Positions 10,128-21,155 of a stretch of 64,000 bases of DNA are shown one piece after another. The stretch is taken from positions 1,216,001-1,280,000 of the forward strand of contig CAWCNY010000002.1 of assembly GCA_963797095.1 (NCBI GenBank), read 5' to 3'. A program made the position numbers and the translations under genes. This DNA is from an uncultured Chloroflexia bacterium. Lineage in GTDB: Bacteria > Chloroflexota > Chloroflexia > QHBQ01 > JADMIH01. How positions within the stretch are numbered: position 1 is the first letter of the stretch; every line of letters begins with the position of its first letter. The notes beneath the pieces are model-generated. The model saw only the letters and a list, made by a program, of their open reading frames with translations, did not search any database and was not told where the DNA came from.

Positions 10128-11234
10128 ATGGCCCAGACAGAAACAGCGGCGCCCGCCCCTTTCAACCCGCTGGCGTGGGTTGCACGCATACTTGTCTCGC
10201 TGATCGTGCCAATCGTCACATTTATCGTACTCTGGCAGGTCTTTATGTTCTTGCGCGACAGCGACGCGCCCAAGCTCGTCATTGCCGTCGTAGCGATAAT
10301 CTGGGGCGTAGGCGGTGTAGCCATCTTATTCGTGCTCTCCAACTGGGTGGTCGAACGGCTTTCCGATGTCTGGAGGGCGCGCATCCAACCCTATGTATTC
10401 GTGGGACCGGCCCTCGTCATGCTGACCTGGTTCCTGGCTCTACCCACTGTTCGCACCTTCTATCAGAGTTTCTTCGATAAAACCACCACCAATTTCGTTG
10501 GCCTTGATAATTACCAGTTTGCCTTCACTAACTCCGCCATGTTGGAGTCGTTCATAAATAACCTTCTGTGGTTGGTATTTGGCACAGGTTTGAGCGTATC
10601 GTCAGGCCTCTTGATCGCAGTATTGGCCGACCGCTCCAAGTTCGAGCGGGTCGCAAAATCGCTCATCTTCCTGCCAATGGCGATCTCTTTCGTGGGTGCG
10701 GGTATTATCTGGAAGTTTATCTACGCATATCAGCCGCCAGGCGAGGAACAGATAGGCGTCCTCAATGCCATCGTCACGTCCGTGGGTGGTAATCCCGTGA
10801 ACTGGATCGTCCAAAGGCCCTGGAATACACTCTTTCTCATCATAGTTTTCGTCTGGCTCCAAACAGGCTTTGCGATGGTGCTCTTTTCGGCTGCGCTCAA
10901 AGGTGTGCCAGGCGAACTACTGGAGGCCGCCAGGATCGATGGCGCGAACGAATTCCAGATCTTCTTCCGCGTGATCATCCCCACCATCCTCGGCACCATA
11001 ATTACTGTCTCCACGGCCATTATCATCGCCACGCTGAAAGTGTTCGATATCGTGTACGTGATGGCTAGCGGCGGCCAGTATGGCACCGATGTGATAGCAA
11101 ACGAGCAATATAAACGCTTCTTTACCTTCGGCGACTATGGAACCGGTTCCGCCATAGCCATCGTCCTCCTGATCGTGACAATACCCGTCATGGTCTACAA
11201 CCTGCGTCAGTTCCGCGAAAGGAGGGCTTTCTAG
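10128..11234 (+). CDS. Sugar ABC transporter permease (AglF-like)
   Basis: TM helices; EAARIDGA EAA loop. Confidence 0.92.
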   Translation: MAQTETAAPAPFNPLAWVARILVSLIVPIVTFIVLWQVFMFLRDSDAPKLVIAVVAIIWGVGGVAILFVLSNWVVERLSDVWRARIQPYVFVGPALVMLTWFLALPTVRTFYQSFFDKTTTNFVGLDNYQFAFTNSAMLESFINNLLWLVFGTGLSVSSGLLIAVLADRSKFERVAKSLIFLPMAISFVGAGIIWKFIYAYQPPGEEQIGVLNAIVTSVGGNPVNWIVQRPWNTLFLIIVFVWLQTGFAMVLFSAALKGVPGELLEAARIDGANEFQIFFRVIIPTILGTIITVSTAIIIATLKVFDIVYVMASGGQYGTDVIANEQYKRFFTFGDYGTGSAIAIVLLIVTIPVMVYNLRQFRERRAF

Positions 11235-12127
11235 TGGCTCCTACACAGCGTAACATATTCTCTATGTTCCTGGTTAATGCCGTCCTCATTGTGATCTGCG
11301 CACTCTGGACCATACCCACCATCGGCTTGCTCGTCTCATCCTTCCGCCCCAGAGATCAGGTGCTCACCACCGGTTGGTGGAAGACCGACCCTGGCAGCTT
11401 CACGTTCGCTAACTACGAGCAGGTACTCGGTGGAAAAGAGTACCCCGACCCTTCGCTGCCGGGAGGCGTGGCGAAGGGCCAGAACATGCTCAACTCCTTC
11501 CTGAACAGCGTCACCGTCACCATTCCCGCCACCCTGATCCCCATTTTGATAGCGGCTTTCGCCGCCTATGCATTCGCCTGGATGAACTTCCCAGGGCGAA
11601 AATTCTTCTTTACGGTGGTGGTAGCGCTGCTTGTCGTGCCATTACAGATCGCCCTGATCCCGCTCTTGCGGGACTACACGGGCCTGAATCTGAACGGCAC
11701 CTTCCTGTCCGTCTGGTTGGCCCATACCGGCTTCGGGTTACCCCTGGCAACCTACCTGCTCTTCAACTACATAAGCTCGTTGCCCAGGGATCTCCTCAAA
11801 TCGGCCTTCATCGACGGCGCTTCCCACTTCACCATCTTCTACCGCCTCATATTGCCGCTGTCTCTCCCTGCCCTCGCTTCCTTTGCCATCTTCCAGTTCC
11901 TATGGGTCTGGAACGACCTGCTGGTAGCCCTGGTCTTCCTGAGTAGCGGCGGCCCCGACTACGCGGTGCTCACCCAGCAGCTCACCACCATCACCGGGTC
12001 TCGCGGCCAGGACTGGAACCTCCTAACCGCCGGTGCCTTCGTAACAATGGTTGTCCCTCTCATAGTCTTCTTCGCACTCCAGCGCTTCTTCGTGCGTGGT
12101 CTCCTCGCAGGCTCGGTCAAAGGCTAG
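11234..12127 (+). CDS. Sugar ABC transporter permease (AglG-like)
   Basis: TM helices; SAFIDGAS loop; WVWNDLL; QRFFVRGLLAGSVKG. Confidence 0.92.
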   Translation: MAPTQRNIFSMFLVNAVLIVICALWTIPTIGLLVSSFRPRDQVLTTGWWKTDPGSFTFANYEQVLGGKEYPDPSLPGGVAKGQNMLNSFLNSVTVTIPATLIPILIAAFAAYAFAWMNFPGRKFFFTVVVALLVVPLQIALIPLLRDYTGLNLNGTFLSVWLAHTGFGLPLATYLLFNYISSLPRDLLKSAFIDGASHFTIFYRLILPLSLPALASFAIFQFLWVWNDLLVALVFLSSGGPDYAVLTQQLTTITGSRGQDWNLLTAGAFVTMVVPLIVFFALQRFFVRGLLAGSVKG

Positions 12128-12157
12128 TAACCCAATCGCTAATCGAGTGTTACATAG

Positions 12158-12267
12158 CATGTGTCATCCCAAATTTCAGATTCCGGTTAGCAGGCGTACA
12201 ATCTGGTTCTAAAACAAGCAAATTGGCGGCGAAGCCGCCAATTTGCTTGTTTTAGAACGTCTCTCCC
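12158..12267. repeat. Partial copy of a dispersed palindromic element (homologous to 53198-53398, inverted)
   Basis: GCAGGCG..CAATCTGGTTCTAAAA..AAATTGGC....CCGCCAATTT..TTTTAGAACGTC shared with the reverse complement of 53284-53398. Confidence 0.75.
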
Positions 12268-12341
12268 TGTGTGTGTTGCAATCGCCTTGCCGGCTGTTGG
12301 CCCTCTTTTTGCTAGTAATACTTTGGCGAAAGGAGGCCACC

Positions 12342-12653
12342 ATGGACGACAATCAACGACCGCTGTTTCAGGGTATGGACGAACAAGAACGGGTCTACGC
12401 CCCCGAGGAGCTAGCTCCCGACGATCCAAGGCGTAAACGTGTAGAGGCTGATGAGCATAGCGGCGACAGACCGGGCTATGAAGCTGATGAGCCTGACCTG
12501 GCTATGCCTGTCGCAAATATCGGCGATGCGCCCAGCTCAGGCATGGCCCCGGTCGAGCCAGAGTCTGAGGAGCGGCGCGATGCCTCCGGCAACCCGGTTG
12601 ACCGGGGCGACAATCCGTTGTATAACGACAACGAGCCTGCCGATAAACCGTAG
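12342..12653 (+). CDS. Small acidic hypothetical protein
   Basis: Strong AAGGAGG RBS; followed by a terminator. Confidence 0.7.
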   Translation: MDDNQRPLFQGMDEQERVYAPEELAPDDPRRKRVEADEHSGDRPGYEADEPDLAMPVANIGDAPSSGMAPVEPESEERRDASGNPVDRGDNPLYNDNEPADKP

Positions 12654-12689
12654 CTCAGATCGCCCATACTCACGTCTTAACAACCTATA

Positions 12690-12722
12690 AAGCGCGCCTG
12701 AAAATCCTTCCGGCGCGCTTTT
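12690..12722 (+). terminator. Intrinsic terminator
   Basis: AAGCGCGCC...GGCGCGCTT hairpin plus T-tract. Confidence 0.6.
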
Positions 12723-12748
12723 CCTAATACAACAGGAACAAACCCAGG

Positions 12749-13711
12749 ATGAACAACCCAATCCCCATACCCCTCGAAGAGATCCGCGCCGCCCGAGAGC
12801 GCATCGCGGGCGCTGCCGTTCGCACCCCCCTCGTCCCCCTCTACGCCGAGGAGATCCCGGCCCAGATATACCTGAAGCTCGAAAACCTCCAGCCCGTCCG
12901 CAGCTTCAAGCTGCGTGGTGCCGCCAACGCCATGGCCCTCACCCCGCCTGAGCAACTGGAAAAGGGTGTGTGGACCGCCAGCGCGGGCAACATGGCCCAG
13001 GGCGTGGCCTGGTACGCCCGCAAGCTCGGTGTGCCTTGCACCGTAGTCGTGCCCGATACCGCCCCCGCCACCAAGATAGCCGCTGTCGAGCGCCTCGGCG
13101 GCAGCGTCGTCAAAGTCTCCTTCGATGATTGGTGGTGGATCTTCACCACCCACACCTACGAAGGGATGGAGGGCCTCTTTGTGCATGCCTTCGACGACCG
13201 CGCTGTCATGGCGGGCAACGGTACCATCGGCCTCGAAATCCTCGAAGATCTCCCCGACGTGGACGCCGTGATCATCCCTTACGGGGGTGGTGGCCTTTCG
13301 TGCGGCATCGCCTCGGCCCTGCGCGTCCTCAAACCCGCCGTCCGCATCTATGCCTCTGAAGTAGACACCGGCGCTCCCCTGGCTGCCTCTCTGGCCGCCG
13401 GGCATTCCGTTCGGGTGGACTACACCCCAAGCTTCGTGGACGGTATCGGCGGCCCAAACGTCTTCCCCGCTATGTGGGAGCTATCCCGCGACCTGCTCGA
13501 CGGCTCTCTCGTCGTCTCCCTTGAAGAGACCGCTATAGCTCTCAAATTCCTCGCCGAGCGCAACCAAGTCATCGCCGAAGGCGCTGGCGCGACCTCCGTT
13601 GCCGCCGCTCTCGCCGGCGAGGCGGGCACGGGCAACGTGGTTTGCGTAATTTCCGGCGGCAATATAGACTTTGAGAAGCTGTCGAAGATATTGCACGGTG
13701 AGATACCCTAG
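12749..13711 (+). CDS. PLP-dependent threonine/serine dehydratase
   Basis: KLENLQPVRSFKLRGA, SAGNMAQG, PYGGGGL, ISGGN. Confidence 0.92.
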   Translation: MNNPIPIPLEEIRAARERIAGAAVRTPLVPLYAEEIPAQIYLKLENLQPVRSFKLRGAANAMALTPPEQLEKGVWTASAGNMAQGVAWYARKLGVPCTVVVPDTAPATKIAAVERLGGSVVKVSFDDWWWIFTTHTYEGMEGLFVHAFDDRAVMAGNGTIGLEILEDLPDVDAVIIPYGGGGLSCGIASALRVLKPAVRIYASEVDTGAPLAASLAAGHSVRVDYTPSFVDGIGGPNVFPAMWELSRDLLDGSLVVSLEETAIALKFLAERNQVIAEGAGATSVAAALAGEAGTGNVVCVISGGNIDFEKLSKILHGEIP

Positions 13712-13755
13712 TTCGCGGCTCGAACAGCTACCTGAGCCTGAGTGGAGAAAAAGCG

Positions 13756-14121
13756 TTGGATCTACATCTGGAAACGAGAGGAAACCAGAGCTTCCTTGTA
13801 GGCGCACCCGATACACGCCTGCTAGCCTCCCCTGACGATGTAGTAGACCTTATTGGCGCTTGCTTCGAACACAAAGCGCGTTCGCACCTCCTCTATGCCG
13901 AAAACCTCCCTGAGCATTTCTTCGACCTGAGTTCCGGTGAAGCAGGCACCATCCTCCAAAAGCTCAGAAACTACCGCATAAAGATGGCCGTAGTAGCGCC
14001 GCCCGACAGCGTTCGCCAAAGCACGATGTTTCGGGGGATGGCAAGAGAAGAGAGTAAAGGCGGCGACTTACGCGTATTCGACGATCGTCCCTCAGCCGAA
14101 GCATGGTTAGCAGGCAACTGA
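13756..14121 (+). CDS. DUF4180-like protein
   Basis: [26 protein letters not shown] signature. Confidence 0.75.
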   Translation: MDLHLETRGNQSFLVGAPDTRLLASPDDVVDLIGACFEHKARSHLLYAENLPEHFFDLSSGEAGTILQKLRNYRIKMAVVAPPDSVRQSTMFRGMAREESKGGDLRVFDDRPSAEAWLAGN

Positions 14122-14155
14122 GCGAGCGAATACAGTCAAGCGGAGAGGTGAACTT

Positions 14156-15055
14156 ATGCTCTTTGGCGGCATAGAAGCAGGCGGCACCAAGATCGTCTGC
14201 GCGGTAGGCACAGGCCCCGACGACCTGCGGGCCGAAACCCGCTTCCCCACAACCACTCCCGATGATGTGCTCGCTCGCATTACCTACTTCTTCCGCGACC
14301 AGCAGGCTGTCGCCCCGCTCTCGGCCATCGGCATCGGCTCCTTCGGTCCCGTCTCCCTCACCCCCGGCAAGCCCGACTACGGCTATATCACCTCCACCCC
14401 CAAGCCCGGCTGGCGCGACGCCGACCTCGCGGGAGCAGTCGAACGCGCCCTCAATCTACCCGTCGGCTTCGACACCGATGTAAACGTGGCCGCCCTGGGC
14501 GAGTGGCGTTGGGGCGCGGCCCAGGGCCTCGACACGTTCCTCTACATCACCGTCGGTACGGGCGTCGGGGGTGGCGGCCTCTCCAATGGCCGCATGATGC
14601 ACGGCCTGATCCACCCTGAGATGGGCCACATCCGCATCCCCCACGACCTCCAGGCCGATCCCTTCCCCGGTTACTGCCCATACCACGGCGACTGTCTCGA
14701 AGGACTGGTCAGCGGCCCCTCTATGAGGGCACGCTGGGGCGTCCCCGCCGAAACCCTCCCCCCCGACCACCCCGCCTGGGCTTTGGAGGCCCACTACCTC
14801 GCCCTTGCTTGCGTCAACTTCATTTGCACCCTCTCCCCACAGCGCATCATCCTCGGTGGCGGCGTCATGACCCAGCCCCACATATTCCCCGCAATTCGCC
14901 ATGAGGTACAAGTCTTGCTTTCAGGCTATGTTCAGGCGGGCGAGATCATCACGGACGCCATAGAAACCTACATAGTGCCTCCAGCCCTCGGCGGCAGGGC
15001 GGGCGTACTCGGCGCTATCGCTCTAGCCGAACTAACCGCGCAAAACAAAACATAA
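14156..15055 (+). CDS. ROK-family fructokinase
   Basis: [36 protein letters not shown]. Confidence 0.92.
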   Translation: MLFGGIEAGGTKIVCAVGTGPDDLRAETRFPTTTPDDVLARITYFFRDQQAVAPLSAIGIGSFGPVSLTPGKPDYGYITSTPKPGWRDADLAGAVERALNLPVGFDTDVNVAALGEWRWGAAQGLDTFLYITVGTGVGGGGLSNGRMMHGLIHPEMGHIRIPHDLQADPFPGYCPYHGDCLEGLVSGPSMRARWGVPAETLPPDHPAWALEAHYLALACVNFICTLSPQRIILGGGVMTQPHIFPAIRHEVQVLLSGYVQAGEIITDAIETYIVPPALGGRAGVLGAIALAELTAQNKT

Positions 15056-15064
15056 ACAGGTCCC

Positions 15065-16690
15065 ATGTCAGACTCCCAACAACCCGCCCAATCCCCAACC
15101 AAACATTATAAATGGTGGCAGACCGGCGTCATCTACCAGATCTACCCGCGCTCCTTCCAGGACTCCAACGGCGACGGTGTGGGCGACCTGCCCGGCATCC
15201 TCCAGCGCCTCCCCTACCTGCGATGGCTCGGCGTTGATGCCATCTGGATTTCCCCCATCTACCCCTCGCCGATGTGCGATTTCGGCTACGATGTAAGCGA
15301 CTACACAGGTATCCACCCACTTTTCGGCACCCTCGACGACTTCGACCGCCTCCTGGCGGGGGCACACCACCACGACCTGAACGTCATCCTAGACCTCGTG
15401 CCCAGCCACACCTCCGACCTTCACCCCTGGTTCCAGGCGTCCCGCTCCTCGCGCCACGACCCCCACCGCGACTGGTATATCTGGGCCGATCCTGCGCCCA
15501 ATGGTGGCCTTCCCAACAACTGGCTCAGCCGCTTCGGCGGCCCCGCGTGGACCTTCGACGAGGCCACCGGCCAGTATTACCTGCACTCATTCCTCAACGA
15601 GCAGCCCGACCTCAACTGGCGCAACCCCAACGTGCAAGCCGCCATGCTCGATGCTATGCGCTTCTGGCTAGATCGTGGCGTCGACGGCTTCCGCGTAGAC
15701 GTAATAGACCGCATAGTCAAGGACGACCTCCTGCGCGACGACCCGCCCAATCCCGATTGGCACCCCGGCATGGAGCCTTACAAATCGCTCTTGCACATTT
15801 ACAGCATGAATCGCCCGGAGGTACACGATGTCGTCCGTTCCATGCGCTCCCTGCTCGACACCTATCCCGACCGTATGATGGTAGGCGAGTCCTATTTGCC
15901 TATACCGGATCTGGCTAAGTACTATGGCGACCACCTCGATGAAGTTGAACTTGCCTTCAACTTCGAGCTAATTCGCGCTCCCTGGGCCGCCCCATACATT
16001 CGCGACTACATCCGCCGCTACGAGCGGTCGCTGCCCGAAGGCGCATGGCCCAACTGGGTCCTTGGCAACCATGATAACCATCGCGTGGCTACCAGGCTTG
16101 GCCCCAGGCAGGCGCGCGTAGCCCAGATGCTTCTGCTAACGCTGCGCGGCACTCCCACCTGCTACTATGGCGACGAACTTGGCATGCCCGACGTGCACGT
16201 ACCGCCCGACAGAATTCAGGACCCCTGGGGCAAGAACGTGCCGGATCTTGCCCTGGGCCGCGACCCCGAACGCACCCCCATGCAATGGGACCCCACCCTG
16301 CACGCGGGCTTCTCCACCGCAGAACCCTGGCTCCCCCTCGACGACAACTACAGGTCCATGAACGTCGAAGCAGAGCACAACGACCCCAATTCCATGCTCC
16401 ATTTCGTGCGCGCTCTCCTGACCCTCCGCCGCCACACCTCCGCCCTCACCGTAGGTACCTGGCAACCCGTCGCTACAAAACCTGATACCATACTTGCGTA
16501 CACGCGCAAGCACCAGGATCAACTTACGCTGGTAGCTCTCAATTTCTCAGACCAAAACCACACCCTCGACCTCTCAGCCTTAGGCACAACGGGCCGCGCC
16601 CTGATCTCCACTCACTGCGACAGGCAAAGCGAAGAATCGCTCTCGACTCTGCTGCTGCGCGAAAACGAAGGGGTAATCGTCAGGCTCTAG
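15065..16690 (+). CDS. GH13 alpha-glucosidase
   Basis: YQIYPRSFQDSNGDGVGDL, GFRVDV, VGE, NHD, GRDPERTPMQW. Confidence 0.95.
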   Translation: MSDSQQPAQSPTKHYKWWQTGVIYQIYPRSFQDSNGDGVGDLPGILQRLPYLRWLGVDAIWISPIYPSPMCDFGYDVSDYTGIHPLFGTLDDFDRLLAGAHHHDLNVILDLVPSHTSDLHPWFQASRSSRHDPHRDWYIWADPAPNGGLPNNWLSRFGGPAWTFDEATGQYYLHSFLNEQPDLNWRNPNVQAAMLDAMRFWLDRGVDGFRVDVIDRIVKDDLLRDDPPNPDWHPGMEPYKSLLHIYSMNRPEVHDVVRSMRSLLDTYPDRMMVGESYLPIPDLAKYYGDHLDEVELAFNFELIRAPWAAPYIRDYIRRYERSLPEGAWPNWVLGNHDNHRVATRLGPRQARVAQMLLLTLRGTPTCYYGDELGMPDVHVPPDRIQDPWGKNVPDLALGRDPERTPMQWDPTLHAGFSTAEPWLPLDDNYRSMNVEAEHNDPNSMLHFVRALLTLRRHTSALTVGTWQPVATKPDTILAYTRKHQDQLTLVALNFSDQNHTLDLSALGTTGRALISTHCDRQSEESLSTLLLRENEGVIVRL

Positions 16691-16698
16691 CCCGAATA

Positions 16699-19600
16699 CT
16701 ACTTCCCCAACCCGAAAACCGCTGCCGCATTATCGAACGGATAGAGCACTATATACTCCCCATCGGCTGCTGGCGCAATCCCCGCCGGTATAAACGGCAC
16801 CCCTGATGGTGCGAACACCCACCTGTTCTTCTCCGTCCCATCGGTTCGGTACTCGATAACCGCCTTGCCGTCATACTGCGTCAGCAGCGCGTCCCCGTCT
16901 GGCGTGCCCGTGATGCGGTTGCCATCGCGTGCCGTGCCCTCGCCCATCGGCCACTGTGCCAGCGGCTTCAGGTCGGGCGTGAAACTCTGCACCCTCTTAT
17001 TTCCCGCATCGGTCACAAACAAATACCCCTGCGGCGACTCCCACACGCTCGACGGTTCCACGAACTGCCCCGGCGCGGTGCCGTTCTCGCCCAATGTCAA
17101 CAGCGTCTGTCCCGTAAAGCTCACCTTTAGCACGTGCCCGAACCCCGTATCTGCCACCCACAAACTGCCGTCATTAGAAAGGGCCATCCCGCGTGGGAAA
17201 TAACATTCGCACAAATGGATGCGCCCCTCCTCCTCCCCATCCGGGCTGTATGTGATCAGAGACATTGCAGCCGAATCGAGCAGCAGCACCTTGTCATCAT
17301 GGACCAGCATCGCCGAGCCTTCCTTCAGCGGCGCGCCATCGCCCCCTGTGACATTCCATGTAGTTATGGGTGTCCCATCCGGCCCGAACTTATGTATCCT
17401 GCTATCGTCTTCCGAGTAAATATAGAAGTTGCCTTGCGTATCCATTGCCGCTGCCCGTGGGCGTGGCAGGCCCATCTTCCCCGCGCCTGCAAGTACCAAA
17501 CTGGGCACAAGCCTATCCCCCGCGACCACGGGTGTGGGCGGCGGTGGCTGGGGCTGGCTCTCACCCTGGTCCGGTGTCTCCGGCGGTTGAGGTTGTCCTA
17601 AATCTGCTGCGCTGCCCGCCCGCGTCCAATCCGTATCATCCGCTTCATCGATACTGGGCCATGATCCCGAAGCAGGCACGTCAGGGTATTTCCCCATCAC
17701 AGGCAACAGGAAATCCTGCGGAATGATGTACTTGTCGCTCATCCCAGGCGGCGTCCAGTACAGGTACATATGCGAAAAACCGTCCAGGTCCTCATATTGG
17801 ATGCGAATGTCGTGCAACCCCACCGTCAAATTTACCTGGGCCGACAACACCACGTTCGGTTGGGCGTTATACAGCACCTCGTTGCTGTCTATAAGCAGGC
17901 GCGCCCTGCTCAACTGCTCTGTGTAAAAAGTGTACACACCATCAACCGGAGCATATACCTTCCCAACCCACTCCACAGTGTAGGGCCTGTTGAGCGGTAT
18001 CACATGGAAATAGAACGATATCTGCGGGTCAATCCGCACGATCTCCGGGTTGGTGTTGAAGACATCGCCCTGGCGCAAATACGCGGTCAGCCCGTGTGGC
18101 TCAACCTTCCGCGGATCGAACAGCATCGTGCTCGCAATAGGCGACATCAACGAGTCTCCCTTGCCCATGAGCAGGCTGCCGAAATCAACCTTCGTACCCT
18201 GTGTGCCCGACAGCACCACGCTATGCAACCCTATCGCCAGGCTCACGCTCTCCCCCGCTGCCACGTCATTGCCGTCTATCGTAATCTGCGGTGCGGCTCC
18301 CGCGCCCTGCCACCCGAACTTGTACGGCGCGTACTCGTTGATCTTGAGCGTGGCGGCGCTGTGCGATTCGTCTATAGTTTCCGTCCCACGCACGCTCCTG
18401 ATATCCTCAGGCGAGATCACGATGCTGTACAGTTGCGGGTCTTGCCCGTTCGGCCCATATATGATCTGCATTTGAGCGTTCGGATATAACCGCTTGATGC
18501 TCAGTACGTCCGCTTCGTCGTTGCCGCCGAATATTACGGCCACATTCTTCTCGTCAGTGAAAGGCAGGATGCGCCCTCCCGGCCACACCTGCGGCTGCTT
18601 GCCGGGCGCGAGATACATGCTTGTTGGCGTGCCCACCTTGTCCGGGCTGATGTACACCTCGTAATCGTCCCCGAACTGGCTGAGCAGCGTCCCAACTGCC
18701 CGGTTGGGCCCCCACATCTCCAGCCACACCGACATATCGTTCATCTGCTTGTTGAAGTACCGGTCTATATTCATAGCGCCCGACCACACAGGCACCACGA
18801 TCACCGCTGCTGCCACCCCTCCATACAACAGGCGACTGTATGCGCGGGTCTGGCCCACCCTCTTGCGGTTGCGCCACCATGCCCAGGCCGCCGCTATACG
18901 TGCGTCCAGCGCGCTCCAAACCCCTCCTAAGAAGATCGCGGCCACCAGTGCTGTAACTACGCTGTTCTCCAGCGTGCGGTGGCTCTGCGGCGCTTCAAAC
19001 AGCAAAGAGAGCACCCCCCCCGAGATCGACGCCACAAACCATGCCACCGGAAACAGGTACTGCCATCTCCACAGCCTGAGCACGCACGTCGCCAGCCCCG
19101 CGAAGAAGAGCGCGGCGGTCAGCCAATCGAGCATCGGCTCCCCGGGCAGATTGTGCCTGGGATTGGAGTCGCCCCGGTAATCGAACATATCGAGGTGGCG
19201 GCGTATGCTCTCTGCCAGTGCGTCCGACCTCCCCTCGCTTCCTGTTGGCGAGAAAATGGTGACGGTGCTCGCCCGGCTGGTAAACGTGTCGGGGTGTTGT
19301 ATCGCGAACGTGCCGAGCGGGATGAATGTCAGCAGCGCGCTGACGACGAACACCGACACTCCCGCCCGCACCGCCCGGAAGAAGCGCATCCGCTCAGTCA
19401 CCAGCCTGTAGGCGAACAAAATCGCCAGCACCACCGGCAGCACCTGCGAAGCTAAATAGCTCTGTAGCGCCAGCCCCATCAGCACGCCCGCCCCCGCGTA
19501 GTACCCGAAGCGCCCGGTGCGCAGCCCCTGCATCACGCACAAATAGACGCCGACATCCAGCGCGATAGTTGGCAGCGAGTTCATTCCCAGTCTGCTGAAG

Positions 19601-21039
19601 GTGATATTCCATGCCGATGCTGCCAGCAGACCCCCTGCTATCAATCCAACTCGCCAGTTGTATAGCCGCGTGCCAAGCACGTACAGCATTGGCACCGTCA
19701 GCGAGCCACCGATGGCCGGGAGCAACCTCAGCTGCCATATCCCCGCGCCCAGGAACTTGATAATAATCCCCAGCACGTAGAGATAGATCGTCCCCATCGT
19801 GTAATAGCCGCCGATGAAGGCGTGGTGCACAGCGTCAGGTTGCAGCAGTTGCTGCCCAAGCAACCCCTCTTCCGCTTCGTCAAACCACAGGCCCGGCGGC
19901 GCGTTCTCAAGGTTGGGGAACCGCAACGCCATCGCCAGCACAAACAACCCGATGATGATCGCCCAGTGCCAGCGCGGCGATAGCCCGCCTCTCCATACTC
20001 CCTCTGCCCCGCTTGCCCCTTTTTGTTCGTCCTTCAGCGCCTGTTGCCCGTCGGTTTCAATAGCGGGCGGCACGCTTCTTTCCCAAACCACCCATGCCGC
20101 TCCGAACAGGAGCATCGCCGCGATCCACATCAGCCATGCCCCCGTGTTCGTCAGCCATCCGGTATTGACTTCGGCTTCGGGCAGCGCATTGCTCTGGACA
20201 TAGAACAGCGGCACCGAGGCAATCCCAAGCACCAGCGCGCTGCCCGCCAGCCCGGCGAACAGCCACCTCCTTATCCTCGACATCGAGCGCAGGCTTGCAA
20301 AGAATCGCGTCGTCTTGTGCGTCGCCATTGCGGGCCAGGGCGTGACCCCCAGCACGAACAGCAGTCCCGCCACCCCGAACAGCACCCAGCTTAATGTAGG
20401 CGGCTCCGGGTCGCCCGCCACGCGAGCATCCGACACCAGTTTCTGCCCATAGAACGCAACCCCCAGCGCCGCCAGCGCCAGCACCCACCCCCATCCTGCC
20501 CGCAGCCTTGTCAGCGTTGCCCACAACCCCTTCTTCTCGGCGGGCGCAGGCTCGGTCTCCTGCTCGGGCTTTTGCTCAGCCATGACAACAGTAGCAGGCC
20601 CTACCACTCGCGCAAGGCCCTTTTTCCGCTCCTTGCTTTCGTGCGCTCTACGCACTGGCAGTGGCGCGCTAACCACCTCCGGCTCCGTTTCCAGTTCCTT
20701 CGGTTCCACGCGCGCAGGTGTAGCAGCAGCCCGCGTCTCAGCAGGCGCTTCGGGTGTCTTCTCGGTGAGGGTTTGAGCAGCTATCGCGGCACGATCAGGC
20801 TTAGGGGCACGCCCCGGCACAGGCGCGCGCTTCTTGATCAGCAGAGATTCGCGCTTCACACTCGCCTGGGCGAGCAAGGTCGCCGCAGGATCGGGCGCTA
20901 CCCCTTCGGGTGCGATCTCTACATCACCTGTGCTTTGCCTGCGAGATTCGGTGGTTGCGGCTTCTTCTTTATCGCTCGTCGCGCCGTTATCCTTGCCTGC
21001 CCTAGATCCGGATTTACGTGGCTGGGACGAATTAGGCAT
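16699..21039 (-). CDS. Large GT-C (PMT/ArnT-like) membrane glycosyltransferase with PA14 and NHL-repeat domains
   Basis: Disordered N-terminus; LALRF...PPGLWFDE motif; many TMs; VEWVGKVYAPVDGVYTF (PA14); LWVADTG/FVTDAGNKRVQ (NHL). Confidence 0.8.
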   Translation of the reverse strand: MPNSSQPRKSGSRAGKDNGATSDKEEAATTESRRQSTGDVEIAPEGVAPDPAATLLAQASVKRESLLIKKRAPVPGRAPKPDRAAIAAQTLTEKTPEAPAETRAAATPARVEPKELETEPEVVSAPLPVRRAHESKERKKGLARVVGPATVVMAEQKPEQETEPAPAEKKGLWATLTRLRAGWGWVLALAALGVAFYGQKLVSDARVAGDPEPPTLSWVLFGVAGLLFVLGVTPWPAMATHKTTRFFASLRSMSRIRRWLFAGLAGSALVLGIASVPLFYVQSNALPEAEVNTGWLTNTGAWLMWIAAMLLFGAAWVVWERSVPPAIETDGQQALKDEQKGASGAEGVWRGGLSPRWHWAIIIGLFVLAMALRFPNLENAPPGLWFDEAEEGLLGQQLLQPDAVHHAFIGGYYTMGTIYLYVLGIIIKFLGAGIWQLRLLPAIGGSLTVPMLYVLGTRLYNWRVGLIAGGLLAASAWNITFSRLGMNSLPTIALDVGVYLCVMQGLRTGRFGYYAGAGVLMGLALQSYLASQVLPVVLAILFAYRLVTERMRFFRAVRAGVSVFVVSALLTFIPLGTFAIQHPDTFTSRASTVTIFSPTGSEGRSDALAESIRRHLDMFDYRGDSNPRHNLPGEPMLDWLTAALFFAGLATCVLRLWRWQYLFPVAWFVASISGGVLSLLFEAPQSHRTLENSVVTALVAAIFLGGVWSALDARIAAAWAWWRNRKRVGQTRAYSRLLYGGVAAAVIVVPVWSGAMNIDRYFNKQMNDMSVWLEMWGPNRAVGTLLSQFGDDYEVYISPDKVGTPTSMYLAPGKQPQVWPGGRILPFTDEKNVAVIFGGNDEADVLSIKRLYPNAQMQIIYGPNGQDPQLYSIVISPEDIRSVRGTETIDESHSAATLKINEYAPYKFGWQGAGAAPQITIDGNDVAAGESVSLAIGLHSVVLSGTQGTKVDFGSLLMGKGDSLMSPIASTMLFDPRKVEPHGLTAYLRQGDVFNTNPEIVRIDPQISFYFHVIPLNRPYTVEWVGKVYAPVDGVYTFYTEQLSRARLLIDSNEVLYNAQPNVVLSAQVNLTVGLHDIRIQYEDLDGFSHMYLYWTPPGMSDKYIIPQDFLLPVMGKYPDVPASGSWPSIDEADDTDWTRAGSAADLGQPQPPETPDQGESQPQPPPPTPVVAGDRLVPSLVLAGAGKMGLPRPRAAAMDTQGNFYIYSEDDSRIHKFGPDGTPITTWNVTGGDGAPLKEGSAMLVHDDKVLLLDSAAMSLITYSPDGEEEGRIHLCECYFPRGMALSNDGSLWVADTGFGHVLKVSFTGQTLLTLGENGTAPGQFVEPSSVWESPQGYLFVTDAGNKRVQSFTPDLKPLAQWPMGEGTARDGNRITGTPDGDALLTQYDGKAVIEYRTDGTEKNRWVFAPSGVPFIPAGIAPAADGEYIVLYPFDNAAAVFGLGK

Positions 21040-21155
21040 GTAAATTGACCTTCTTACATAACAAGTAAGATGTGCGGGATCGTCGCAAGTACACTTATTC
21101 TACCACAAAGAGCCGCCACCACGCAGATGCCCACATCATGGTACAATACTATATT

